A stretch of DNA of 21,947 nucleotides from Candidatus Omnitrophota bacterium (GTDB lineage: Bacteria > Omnitrophota > Gorgyraeia > 2-01-FULL-45-10 > JBDRSA01): positions 1 through 21,947 of the forward strand of contig JBDRSA010000060.1 in NCBI GenBank assembly GCA_043825275.1, read 5' to 3'. Positions 1-8,909 of the stretch are shown here, piece after piece. Within the stretch, counting starts at the first letter, position 1, and every line of letters begins with the position of its first letter. Under the pieces are notes generated by a model, which was not told the DNA's origin, searched no databases, and saw only the letters and a list, made by a program, of their open reading frames with translations. Position numbers and translations under genes: made by a program.

Positions 1-3000
1 CTTGTGCATTCCCGCTACAGCACAAATACCTTCCCGACGTGGGACCTCGCGCAGCCGTTCAGGTTTCTCGCGCATAACGGTGAGATCAATACGCTGAGAG
101 GGAACGTCAATTGGATGCGGGCGAAGGAAGACCTGCTCACAAGCCCGCTTTTCGGGAAAGATATTGAAAAACTGAAGCCGATCATCGTGCCTGGAGGAAG
201 CGACTCCGCGGGAATAGACAATATTTCAGAACTACTGCTTCTTGCGGGAAGGCCGCTTGCCCATGTCGTGATGATGCTTATTCCGCCGGCCTGGGAACAG
301 AACAAGCTCATGGCGAAACATGAGAGAGATTTTTTCCGTTATCACGCCTGCCTCATGGAACCGTGGGACGGCCCCGCGGCGATCGCGATCACCGATGGGA
401 CAAGGATCGGCGCTGTCCTTGACCGGAACGGCCTTCGGCCGGCGCGATACCTTGTCACCAAGCGGGGCTTGATCGTCATGGCCTCGGAGGTCGGCGTTCT
501 CGATATACCGGCGTCTGATATCGCTTATTCAGGGAGGCTCGAGCCGGGCAAGATATTCTTCGTCGATACGGATGAGGGAAGGATCATCGATGACAGCGAG
601 CTAAAAAGGTCCGTCTCGACACGGAGGCCGTACGGGAAATGGGCGAACGACAAACTCGTTGACCTCGAAAAACTGTCGAAACCAAAAGAGAAGACGGAAA
701 AGGTCGCGGATCTGAGCCCGACGCTGAAAGCGTTCGGGTATACGCGCGAAGACATGAAGTTTATCATCCAGCCGATGGCAGCCGACGGTAAAGAGCCTAT
801 CGGCTCGATGGGGAATGATACGCCGCACGCTGTGCTCTCGAAAAAACCTCAGGTCCTCTACAGCTACTTTAAGCAGCTTTTCGCCCAGGTCACGAATCCC
901 GCGATCGACCCCATCCGGGAAGAGCTTGTTATGAGCCTTGAATGTTTTATGGGTTCGCGGAAGAATCTTCTCGATGAGACGCCTGACCACTGCCGGAAGG
1001 TCTGGTTGAAGCATCCTATCCTGACGAACGAGGAACTGTTAAAACTGAAGCATATCAACGAGAGCGGCTTTAAGACGAAGACGATCTCGATCCTTTTTGA
1101 CGCCTCCGACGAGAAGAATATGACAACCGCGCTTGACCGGATCTGCAGGGAGGCGAAAAACGCGATAAAAAAGAAGTACACATTCATCGTCCTGAGCGAC
1201 CGGAGGGTTACCGGGGAAAAAGCGGCTGTGCCGGCGCTCCTGGCGGTCGGGGCGGTCCACCAATATCTGGTAAAAAACGCGTCACGCTCACAGATAGCCC
1301 TGATACTTGAGAGCGCGGAACCGCGTGAGGTACACCACTTCGCGGTACTCCTGGGGTTTGGCGTAGGATGCGTAAACCCCTATTTGGCGTATGAGGCCAT
1401 CGACCGTTTGATCGAAGAAGAGCGCCTGAAGATCGACCGGAAGGCGGCGGTAAAGAATTACATAAAAGCGGTCAACAAGGGGATCATGAAGGTCCTCTCG
1501 AAGATGGGGATCTCAACGATCCAGAGCTACCGCGGGGCCCAGATATTTGAGGCGGTCGGCCTTCACGATGAGACGATCGAACGCTGTTTCGCGGGAACTG
1601 TCTCGCGGATCGGCGGGGTAGGGATCAGGGAGATCGCCCGGGAGACGATCCTTAGACATCGAGAAGCGTTCCCGAAGCGGGAAGGGGCAGGTGACCTTCT
1701 TGAGACCGGAGGTCTTTATCAGTGGAAATTGGACGGCGAATTCCACCTCTGGAATCCGAAAAGTATCGCCGCCATCCAGGACGCCTCAAAGAAGAATGAC
1801 TACATCCGCTATAAGGACTTTTCCCGGCTGATCAACGATCAATCCGAACATCCGACGACGCTCAGAAGCCTTCTATCCTTCAAAAAAAGAAAACCGGTCC
1901 TGCTATCCGAAGTCGAGCCGATATCATCCATTGTTACGCGCTTCGCTACCGGCGCGATGAGCTTTGGCTCGATCTCGCGGGCGGCGCACGAGTCGCTCGC
2001 GATCGCGATGAATAAGCTCGGCGGGAAGTCGAACACGGGGGAAGGCGGCGAGGACCCGGTCCGGTTCATGACACTCCCCTCGGGAGAGTCCGCCCGAAGC
2101 GCGATCAAACAGGTCGCGTCGGGGCGGTTCGGCGTAACGGCTAACTACCTGGTGAACGCCGATGAGCTGCAGATCAAGATCGCCCAGGGAGCGAAGCCCG
2201 GCGAAGGCGGGCAATTACCCGGACACAAAGTGAGCTCGACGATCGCTAAGATACGCTATACGACTCCCGGCGTGACGCTCATTTCGCCGCCGCCGCACCA
2301 TGACATCGATTCGATCGAGGACCTGGCGCAGCTTATCTATGATCTCAAGAACGCCAATCCGCGAGCGCGTATCAGCGTAAAGCTGGTATCTGAAGTCGGC
2401 GTTGGTACGATAGCCGCCGGTGTGGCGAAGGGTCATGCCGATATGATACTTATTTCGGGCGGCGACGGCGGGACGGGAGCGTCGCCGCGGAGCTCGATCA
2501 GGCACGCGGGGCTCCCCTGGGAGCTTGGACTGTCGGAAACCCACCAGACGCTCGTCCTGAACGACCTTCGCAGCAGAGTGCGGCTCCAGACCGACGGCCA
2601 GATGCGAACCGGACGCGATGTCGCGATCGCCGCGATGCTCGGCGCCGAGGAGTACGGGTTCTGTACCGCCGCGCTCATCGTGCTTGGATGCGTTATGCTC
2701 AGGCATTGTCACCTGAACAACTGTTCGGTCGGGATCGCGACACAGGACGACTTACTTCAGAAGCGGTTCCGGGGGAACCCTGAGCATGTCGTGAACTACC
2801 TCTCCTTTGTAGCTCAGGAGCTTCGTGAGATCATGGCCTTGCTCGGCATCAGGAAAGTCGACGAACTGATCGGAAGGACCGATCTTTTGGAGATGAACAA
2901 GTCGATGCTGGATTGGAAGACGCGAGGGCTTGATTTTTCAAAAATACTCTATAGACCGAAGGTCCCCCGGCCGGTTGAAGCATATTGCACAAAACCCCAG

Positions 3001-3840
3001 GATCACGGCATAGAGACTGTCCTTGACAAGGAGCTTTTGCGTCTCGCGAAGAAATCTCTTGAGCATCGGGAGCCGGTCCGCCTGTCGTTTGATATCAACA
3101 ATGTGAACAGGACGACCGGGACGATGCTCTCGGGCGAGGTCTGCAGGCGCTATGGTGAATGGGGGCTTCCCGAAGACACCATTTATTGCAAATTTAAAGG
3201 CGTGGCCGGTCAGAGCTTCGGCGCGTTCCTCGCGAGGGGCATTACCTTTGAGCTCGAAGGGATGGCGAATGATTATATCGGCAAGGGGATCTCAGGCGGC
3301 AGGATCATCGTATATCCGGGGGCGGGGTCGTCGTATAAGCCCGAAGAGAATATCATTATCGGGAATACGTCATTTTATGGAGCGATAAGCGGTGAGGCGT
3401 ACATCCGCGGGATCGCCGGGGAGCGGTTCTGTATCAGGAATTCAGGAATATACGCTGTTGTCGAAGGAGTGGGCGACCACGGCTGTGAATACATGACCGG
3501 CGGAAGGGTCATCGTGCTCGGGAAAACCGGGAGGAATTTCGGCGCCGGGATGTCGGGCGGGATCGCGTATATTTACGATATTGACGGCGACTTTAAGAAT
3601 AAGTGCAATAGGGACATGGTGATCTTCGATCGAATGAACGAAGACGACAGCATCATGATCAAGAACCTTCTTGTCGGACATGTAAAGACTACCAAGAGCG
3701 ACCGGGCCCGCTATCTTCTCGGCAATTTAGAAAGCGAAATGAAGAAGATCGTCAAGGTCATGCCCATAGAGTACAAGAGGGTCCTGGAAGGTAAACAGGT
3801 CGAGCAGTCTCTGGGTTTAGGCGAGGCTTCGGATGGATAG
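1..3840 (+). CDS. gltB: Glutamate synthase large subunit, 5' end cut by window edge
   Basis: The frame is open from nt 1, so the GTG at nt 4 is an internal codon. Class-II (Ntn) amidotransferase motifs: HSRYSTNTFP and LAHNGEINT. FMN-domain motifs: QGAKPGEGGQLPGHKV, SPPPHHDI, GGDGGTGASP. 3Fe-4S motif C-x5-C-x4-C (CVMLRHCHLNNC, about nt 2688-2723). C-terminal GXGXG beta-helix domain (GVAGQSFGAF, GVGDHGCEYMTGG). Stop TAG at 3838-3840. Confidence 0.97.
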   Translation, partial: LVHSRYSTNTFPTWDLAQPFRFLAHNGEINTLRGNVNWMRAKEDLLTSPLFGKDIEKLKPIIVPGGSDSAGIDNISELLLLAGRPLAHVVMMLIPPAWEQNKLMAKHERDFFRYHACLMEPWDGPAAIAITDGTRIGAVLDRNGLRPARYLVTKRGLIVMASEVGVLDIPASDIAYSGRLEPGKIFFVDTDEGRIIDDSELKRSVSTRRPYGKWANDKLVDLEKLSKPKEKTEKVADLSPTLKAFGYTREDMKFIIQPMAADGKEPIGSMGNDTPHAVLSKKPQVLYSYFKQLFAQVTNPAIDPIREELVMSLECFMGSRKNLLDETPDHCRKVWLKHPILTNEELLKLKHINESGFKTKTISILFDASDEKNMTTALDRICREAKNAIKKKYTFIVLSDRRVTGEKAAVPALLAVGAVHQYLVKNASRSQIALILESAEPREVHHFAVLLGFGVGCVNPYLAYEAIDRLIEEERLKIDRKAAVKNYIKAVNKGIMKVLSKMGISTIQSYRGAQIFEAVGLHDETIERCFAGTVSRIGGVGIREIARETILRHREAFPKREGAGDLLETGGLYQWKLDGEFHLWNPKSIAAIQDASKKNDYIRYKDFSRLINDQSEHPTTLRSLLSFKKRKPVLLSEVEPISSIVTRFATGAMSFGSISRAAHESLAIAMNKLGGKSNTGEGGEDPVRFMTLPSGESARSAIKQVASGRFGVTANYLVNADELQIKIAQGAKPGEGGQLPGHKVSSTIAKIRYTTPGVTLISPPPHHDIDSIEDLAQLIYDLKNANPRARISVKLVSEVGVGTIAAGVAKGHADMILISGGDGGTGASPRSSIRHAGLPWELGLSETHQTLVLNDLRSRVRLQTDGQMRTGRDVAIAAMLGAEEYGFCTAALIVLGCVMLRHCHLNNCSVGIATQDDLLQKRFRGNPEHVVNYLSFVAQELREIMALLGIRKVDELIGRTDLLEMNKSMLDWKTRGLDFSKILYRPKVPRPVEAYCTKPQDHGIETVLDKELLRLAKKSLEHREPVRLSFDINNVNRTTGTMLSGEVCRRYGEWGLPEDTIYCKFKGVAGQSFGAFLARGITFELEGMANDYIGKGISGGRIIVYPGAGSSYKPEENIIIGNTSFYGAISGEAYIRGIAGERFCIRNSGIYAVVEGVGDHGCEYMTGGRVIVLGKTGRNFGAGMSGGIAYIYDIDGDFKNKCNRDMVIFDRMNEDDSIMIKNLLVGHVKTTKSDRARYLLGNLESEMKKIVKVMPIEYKRVLEGKQVEQSLGLGEASDG

Positions 3841-3861
3841 GGAAGCGAAGAGATCCGATCG

Positions 3862-4088
3862 GTTCATAGTACAAAGTTCATAGTTTGAATTGCGGTTTAC
3901 GGTGTACGGTTAATGGTTTACGGCTAAAAGATCGAAAAAAGAAGCCGATTAGTTCATAGAAAATCAACGTTGAAATCGCGCACATTGCGCTACCGATCGT
4001 TTTTTAGTTTTTATCTCTTTACCGTTCACCGTACACCGTTAACCATAAACCGTGTTAGACTTTGAACTATTGACTATGAACTATGAAC
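3862..4088. repeat. Nested palindromic intergenic element, copy A
   Basis: Outer arm 3862-3889 (AGTTCAT-like heptads) is complementary to 4061-4088 (GAACTAT heptads): 28 positions with 3 mismatches and 3 G-T wobbles, counted by hand. Inner arm 3892-3926 holds 5 ACGGTNN heptads, and 4019-4053 holds 5 NNACCGT heptads. The core of about 90 nt is conserved with the second copy at 20111-20391. Confidence 0.85.
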
Positions 4089-4128
4089 TGCATGGAATTA
4101 CGCGTTTAATACGGCGAACGGAGTTGAG

Positions 4129-5574
4129 ATGGGAGATGTAAAGGGATTCATAAAGGTAGCGCGGCAGAAAGCGCAGTATCGGCCCGTCTGCGAGCGGATC
4201 ATGGATTATAAGGAGATCGCCGTACCGAGAAGCGACGCGAAGTCAAGCGAGCAGGCGTCGCGCTGCATGGATTGCGGCACGCCGTTCTGTCATTGGGGCT
4301 GCTCGGTCGGCAATTTTATCCCTGAGTGGAACGATGCCGTATACGCCGGGCGCTGGAAAGAAGCGTACGAGATGCTCGATTCGACGAACAACCTTCCTGA
4401 AGTGACCGGAAGGATCTGCCCGGCGCTCTGTGAGTATTCCTGCGTATTGGGGATCAACGATGACCCGGTAACGATCAGCGAGAATGAGCTCTCGATCATA
4501 GAATACGCTTTTAAGAATGGATTTGTACAGCCAAGGCCTCCAAAAAAGCGAACAGGAAAAAAAATGGCCGTTATCGGCTCCGGCCCGGCGGGACTTTCGT
4601 GCGCGGCCCAGCTGAATAAAGCCGGCCATACGGTAACGGTATTCGAGAAAGACGATAAGATCGGCGGGATATTGCGCTACGGTATCCCGGATTTTAAACT
4701 TGAAAAATGGATACTCGACCGCCGTATCGCCCTATGGGAGAACGAGGGTGTGCGCTTTACGACGGGTGTGAACGTCGGCGTTGATTATCAGGCGAAAGAG
4801 CTTCTTGAGGAGTTTGACGCGGTAGCTCTGGCGGGCGGATCGCGCCAGCCGCGCGATCTCAGGATCGAAGGGAGAGACCTCAAAGGTATCCATTTCGCGA
4901 TGGACTATCTTATACAATCAAACAGAAGGATCAGCGGGGAGAAGATCCCCGAAAGCCGATTGATTGACGCGAAGGGGAAACGCGTTGTTGTGATCGGCGG
5001 CGGCGATACCGGCTCCGACTGTGTCGGGACGGCCCATCGGCAGGGAGCGGCGTGTGTTGTCCAGGTCGAGCTTTTGGAGCAACCGCCGGAATGCAGGACC
5101 GGTAAACAGCCATGGCCGCTCTATCCGGCGCTTCTCAAAACATCGACAAGTCACCAAGAGGGGGGGGAACGCCACTGGTCCGTGCTTACAAAAAAAATTA
5201 TCGGCGAGAATGGTCGCGTATCGGGGCTTTCGTGCGTTAAAGTGGAATTTTCAAGCAAGAAGGGCCTCTCGTGCCCTATCGTAAAGGAAGTGACCGGTAG
5301 TGCGTTCGATATCGGCGCGGACCTGGTTATTCTGGCGGTCGGCTTTGTCCATCCGGTCCATGACAAATTACTCGCCGACCTGGGCGTCGCCTTTGACGGC
5401 CGCGGAAATGTTAAAGCCGACGACTCTTTTAAGACCGCGAACAAGAAGGTATTCGCCGCCGGGGACATGCGGCGCGGGCAGTCGCTCATTGTTTGGGCGA
5501 TATCAGAAGGCAGGAAAGCGGCGCGGGCTATCGATCTATTTTTAATGGGCTCCTCAAAACTCCTTGATTTTTAG
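4129..5574 (+). CDS. gltD: Glutamate synthase small subunit (NAD(P)H-binding, GltD family)
   Basis: 481 aa. N-terminal Cys clusters CMDCGTPFCHWGC and CPALCEYSC. Dinucleotide folds VIGSGPAGL and VVVIGGGDTGSDC. GGAG Shine-Dalgarno 6 nt upstream of the ATG. Confidence 0.95.
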   Translation: MGDVKGFIKVARQKAQYRPVCERIMDYKEIAVPRSDAKSSEQASRCMDCGTPFCHWGCSVGNFIPEWNDAVYAGRWKEAYEMLDSTNNLPEVTGRICPALCEYSCVLGINDDPVTISENELSIIEYAFKNGFVQPRPPKKRTGKKMAVIGSGPAGLSCAAQLNKAGHTVTVFEKDDKIGGILRYGIPDFKLEKWILDRRIALWENEGVRFTTGVNVGVDYQAKELLEEFDAVALAGGSRQPRDLRIEGRDLKGIHFAMDYLIQSNRRISGEKIPESRLIDAKGKRVVVIGGGDTGSDCVGTAHRQGAACVVQVELLEQPPECRTGKQPWPLYPALLKTSTSHQEGGERHWSVLTKKIIGENGRVSGLSCVKVEFSSKKGLSCPIVKEVTGSAFDIGADLVILAVGFVHPVHDKLLADLGVAFDGRGNVKADDSFKTANKKVFAAGDMRRGQSLIVWAISEGRKAARAIDLFLMGSSKLLDF

Positions 5575-5591
5575 AAGCGTTCTGCAAGCCT

Positions 5592-5613
5592 AATAATTAA
5601 GCAATAATTAAGC
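5592..5613. repeat. 11-bp tandem direct repeat (AATAATTAAGC x2) abutting a promoter
   Basis: Exact copies at 5592-5602 and 5603-5613, followed by a partial AAT. AT-rich, with a period of about one helical turn. It ends 8 nt before the -35 hexamer, so it may be an UP element or a regulator site. Confidence 0.6.
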
Positions 5614-5621
5614 AATTTATC

Positions 5622-5650
5622 TTGACAGTTGTGAGCAAAATGTAGATAAT
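5622..5650 (+). promoter_or_regulatory. Sigma70-type promoter candidate upstream of the nuoE-like gene
   Basis: TTGACA (5622-5627), 17-nt spacer, GATAAT (5645-5650). Predicted transcription start about 5657. Confidence 0.55.
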
Positions 5651-5684
5651 ATTGTCATCAACACAACGGATGTGTTGACCGGAC

Positions 5685-5718
5685 AAAGGCGTTCTGGATC
5701 TCAGAGAACGCTTTTTTT
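5685..5718 (+). terminator. Intrinsic terminator-like hairpin with U-tract
   Basis: Stem GCGTTCT (5689-5695) pairs with AGAACGC (5705-5711), followed by T7 (5712-5718). An upstream AAA can extend the stem. A second 8-bp hairpin precedes it: TCAACACA (5658-5665) pairs with TGTGTTGA (5671-5678). Confidence 0.65.
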
Positions 5719-5748
5719 ATTTTTACAACATTAAAATTAGGATGGGGC

Positions 5749-6243
5749 ATGGCGACCAAAACAGTGAAAAGAATCAACTCTATTCTCAAGAACAGAGAAA
5801 AGAATCCACGTGAATTGATCGAAGTCCTCCAGGATGTCCAGGCAACTTTTAAGTATCTTCCAGAGCAGGAGTTGCGGATCGTTTCTGAAAAGCTGAATGT
5901 CCCCCTCATCGAAGTCTTCAGGGTCGCAAATTTTTATAAAGCGTTCACTTTGAAGCCGCGCGGCAAGCACCTGGTGACGGTATGCATGGGAACCGCATGC
6001 CACGTTCGGGGAGCGCCGAAGTTTGTCGATGAGGTTCTCGGGCAGCTCAGTATAAAACCGGGCGAGACTACCGAAGACGGCATGTTTACCGTTGAGACGG
6101 TGAACTGCCTCGGCGCGTGCGCTCTTGGCCCGATTGTCGTGCTCGATGGAACGTACCATGACCACATGACTACGGGGAAGCTGCGGGATTTGATTCAGAG
6201 CGTTACAAAGAAGAAGAAAGGTAGAAAGCGACGCCATGGTTAA
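5749..6243 (+). CDS. NuoE/HydC/HndA-like thioredoxin-fold [2Fe-2S] subunit
   Basis: 164 aa. Motif VCMGTACHVRG ... NCLGACALGP gives the C-x4-C ... C-x3-C pattern of the complex I 24-kDa family. AGGA Shine-Dalgarno 6 nt upstream. The 3' end overlaps the next gene by 8 nt (ATGGTTAA). Confidence 0.9.
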   Translation: MATKTVKRINSILKNREKNPRELIEVLQDVQATFKYLPEQELRIVSEKLNVPLIEVFRVANFYKAFTLKPRGKHLVTVCMGTACHVRGAPKFVDEVLGQLSIKPGETTEDGMFTVETVNCLGACALGPIVVLDGTYHDHMTTGKLRDLIQSVTKKKKGRKRRHG

Positions 6244-8089
6244 GATTCGGACTTTAAAGGATTTAGAATTTCTAGCTAAAAAAACTCGGGACTTAAGCAA
6301 AAAAAAGGCGATGACGGTCATTCTGTCGTCGGGGACGTGCGGTCAGGCGTGCGGGTCGTTGCATGTCGCTGATAAGCTTCGAAAAGAGATCGCGAGAAAA
6401 AAGCTAGAGAAAAAAGTAAATGTACGGATAACGGGATGCCACGGATTCTGTGAGCAGGAACCGTTGATGGTTGTTGAGCCTGAAAATATCTTTTATTGTC
6501 ACGTCAAACCCGATGATATTTTGGAAATTGTGTCTGAGACACTTCAGCGGGGGAGGGTAGTTGATAGGTTGCTCTATGTTGACCCGACAATAGGTAAGAA
6601 AATAGAAAAGGAAAAAGATATCCCGTTCTATAAAGCCCAGGAAAGGATCGTCCTCGGACAGAATAAACTTGTCGATCCGTGTAATATCCATGACTACGTT
6701 GAGAACGGTGGATATTCGGCATTTATAAAAGCCTTGAATTCAATGAAACCGGAAGAGGTTATCGAAGAAGTTAAGAAGTCGGGGCTCCGAGGCAGGGGCG
6801 GCGGCGGATTTCTTACCGGGAAGAAGTGGGAGCATTGCCGCAAAGCGGAAGGGGAGCCTAAATATGTCATCTGTAACGCGGATGAAGGAGATCCGGGGGC
6901 GTATATGGACAGGAGTGTGCTGGAGGGCAATCCTCACGAGGTTATCGAGGGGATGCTCATCGGCGCGTTCGCGATCGGCGCCCGCCACGGCTACATCTAT
7001 GTCAGGAACGAGTATCCGCTCGCGGTCCAGCACGCTAAATTTGCCGTGCAGCAGGCGGAAGAGCTGGGGCTTATCGGCGATGATATCCTCGGAAGCGGTT
7101 TCTCGTTCGATATCAGGATCGCGCGCGGCGGCGGCGCGTTTGTATGCGGTGAGTCGACCGCGTTGATGGCATCGCTTGAAGGAAAAGTTGGCGAACCGCG
7201 CGCGAAAGATGTCCATACGACCGACAAGGGGTTGCACGACCTTCCCACAAACCTGAATAATGTCGAAACGTGGGCGAATGTGCCGTTGATCATCAAAAAC
7301 GGCGCGAAGTGGTTTTCGTCGAAGGGGACCAAACAGAGTAAGGGCACCAAGATATTCGCCCTGACCGGGCAGATACGTAACACGGGCCTCGTTGAGATTC
7401 CTATGGGGATGAGTTTACGTAAAATTATCTATAAAATTGGCGGCGGTCCGGCAGTAGGAAGGAAGATAAAGGCGGTTCAGACAGGGGGGCCGTCAGGAGG
7501 ATGCCTGCCGGAACGCTTATTTGATCTGCCGGTCGACTTCGAGGCCCTGGACAAGGCGGGTTCGATGGTCGGCTCCGGCGGGATGGTCGTTATGGATGAG
7601 TCGACCTGTATGGTCGACGTCGCGAAGTATTTTCTGAAGTTTCTCATTGACGAGTCGTGCGGTAAATGTGTTCCGTGCAGGGTCGGACTCAGCCGCATGC
7701 TGGAGATCATCACCGACATCACCGAAGGAAGGGGCACGGAAGAGAAATTGGCGCTCCTCGAAGAGACGGCGCGTACCGTGTCGCTTGGTTCGCTCTGCGC
7801 GCTGGGGAAAACCGCCCCGAATCCCGTTCTTTCTACGATAAAGTACTTCAGGACGGAATACGAGTCGCATATCGCCAAAAAGAAATGTACCGCCGGCGTT
7901 TGCAGAGAGCTGATCAGCTACGCGATCGACGCGAAAAAGTGTACCGGGTGCGGCGTATGTCTGCGCGGCTGTCCGCATGGCGCCATTTCCGGGAAGGCGA
8001 AATCGGCGCATTCTATAGACAGAACGCGATGCAGCAAATGCGGCATTTGCAAAGAACAGTGCAGGTTTAACGCTATCGACGTGTTGTAA
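6236..8089 (+). CDS. NuoF/HydB/HndC-like NADH-binding FMN flavoprotein with extra Fe-S domains
   Basis: 617 aa. N-terminal thioredoxin-like 2Fe-2S domain (CGQAC ... CHGFC). FMN/NADH core motifs GRGGGGFLTGKKW, NADEGDPGAYMDR, CGESTALMASLEG. N3 cluster motifs SCGKCVPCR ... LCALG. C-terminal 2x[4Fe-4S] ferredoxin domain (CTGCGVCLRGCP, CSKCGICKEQC). Confidence 0.92.
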   Translation: MVKIRTLKDLEFLAKKTRDLSKKKAMTVILSSGTCGQACGSLHVADKLRKEIARKKLEKKVNVRITGCHGFCEQEPLMVVEPENIFYCHVKPDDILEIVSETLQRGRVVDRLLYVDPTIGKKIEKEKDIPFYKAQERIVLGQNKLVDPCNIHDYVENGGYSAFIKALNSMKPEEVIEEVKKSGLRGRGGGGFLTGKKWEHCRKAEGEPKYVICNADEGDPGAYMDRSVLEGNPHEVIEGMLIGAFAIGARHGYIYVRNEYPLAVQHAKFAVQQAEELGLIGDDILGSGFSFDIRIARGGGAFVCGESTALMASLEGKVGEPRAKDVHTTDKGLHDLPTNLNNVETWANVPLIIKNGAKWFSSKGTKQSKGTKIFALTGQIRNTGLVEIPMGMSLRKIIYKIGGGPAVGRKIKAVQTGGPSGGCLPERLFDLPVDFEALDKAGSMVGSGGMVVMDESTCMVDVAKYFLKFLIDESCGKCVPCRVGLSRMLEIITDITEGRGTEEKLALLEETARTVSLGSLCALGKTAPNPVLSTIKYFRTEYESHIAKKKCTAGVCRELISYAIDAKKCTGCGVCLRGCPHGAISGKAKSAHSIDRTRCSKCGICKEQCRFNAIDVL

Positions 8090-8175
8090 AAGTGGAGGGA
8101 TGATAGCGTATTAAATACAGTATTGGCCGGGCAATGGAGCCCGACGAGAGTGGTCAAGAAGACTAAGAAGTCGAA

Positions 8176-8883
8176 ATGGAGGCGATGATGCCTGCGTATG
8201 TAACGCTTACAATCGATGGAGCATTCGTGCGGGTACCGCGTAGTACCTCAGTGCTGGATGCGGCCTTAACAAGCGGGATCTGTATACCGCATCTGTGTCA
8301 TATGAATGGCGTTACCCCGATCGGCGCGTGCCGGATCTGTATCGTTGAATTGGTCAAGAACGGCAGATCAAAAGTTACCGCGTCGTGTACGCTCGAAGCT
8401 GAAGAAGGTATGGTTATTCTTGCCCATTCGAAAAAGATACTGCGGGCGCGGAAAAACATCGCGGAAATGCTCGTTGCTGAAGCTCCGAATTCGCGCGCAA
8501 TTCAGGACATCGCTGTCCGATGCGGCGTCAAAGAGGTGCGATATCCTTTTCGCAGGAATGATTGCGTTTTGTGCGGTAGGTGTGTGCGCGCCTGCGATGA
8601 GATATGGCGGTCTAAGTCACTGGGTTTTGTCGGCCGCGGGCCGGAGCGCCATGTCGCGCTGCCGTTCGATAAACGGCCGGAATATTGTAAGCGATGCAAC
8701 GCCTGTATCGATGTGTGTCCGATGACGATCACGCCGTGCTCCGGACCCATGAAGCCGGGCGAAGAGGCCCTGTGCGGGATGTGCGAGTCACAGTTATCGA
8801 TGGCTGAAAAGATCGAAGACACCTGTGTCGATTGCAGACTGGGAGACGGGTTCCATTGCGCGAGAAAAAGTTCTTACAGTTAA
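8176..8883 (+). CDS. NuoG/HydA N-terminal-like Fe-S protein (2Fe-2S plus 2x 4Fe-4S), no catalytic domain
   Basis: 235 aa. 2Fe-2S motif CHMNGVTPIGACRIC ... ASC. CVLCGRCVRAC and CKRCNACIDVCP. Extra C-terminal cysteines CGMC ... CVDC ... C. The His-ligated cluster motif typical of NuoG is not seen (AEMLVAEAPNS). The true start may be ATG 8185 or 8188, because GGAGG lies at 8178-8182. Confidence 0.8.
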   Translation: MEAMMPAYVTLTIDGAFVRVPRSTSVLDAALTSGICIPHLCHMNGVTPIGACRICIVELVKNGRSKVTASCTLEAEEGMVILAHSKKILRARKNIAEMLVAEAPNSRAIQDIAVRCGVKEVRYPFRRNDCVLCGRCVRACDEIWRSKSLGFVGRGPERHVALPFDKRPEYCKRCNACIDVCPMTITPCSGPMKPGEEALCGMCESQLSMAEKIEDTCVDCRLGDGFHCARKSSYS

Positions 8884-8909
8884 CGGCATGATGAGACAAG
8901 GAGAAGAAC

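Noticed and set aside
3893-4052. Regulator operators (NtcA GTA-N8-TAC, GlnR/TnrA TGTNA-N7-TNACA, NtrC, PurR) or a glutamine riboswitch within the heptamer-array elements.
   Set aside because: I could not find a match to these consensus sequences that is conserved in both copies. GGTGCAC in copy B is GGTGTAC in copy A. The elements do not resemble the glutamine riboswitch fold as I recall it.
8090-8175. Small palindrome GTATT-A-AATAC and a weak GC hairpin in the nuoF-like to Fe-S gene spacer.
   Set aside because: The motif is short, has no U-tract or promoter context, and is not repeated elsewhere in the window. This is not enough to call a feature.
8176-8883. Truncated [FeFe]-hydrogenase or formate dehydrogenase gene.
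   Set aside because: The ORF ends cleanly after the ferredoxin-like domain and a Cys-rich tail. No H-cluster or molybdopterin motifs appear in any frame downstream, and the next gene starts 26 nt later with its own Shine-Dalgarno. It looks like a dedicated small Fe-S subunit rather than a pseudogene.
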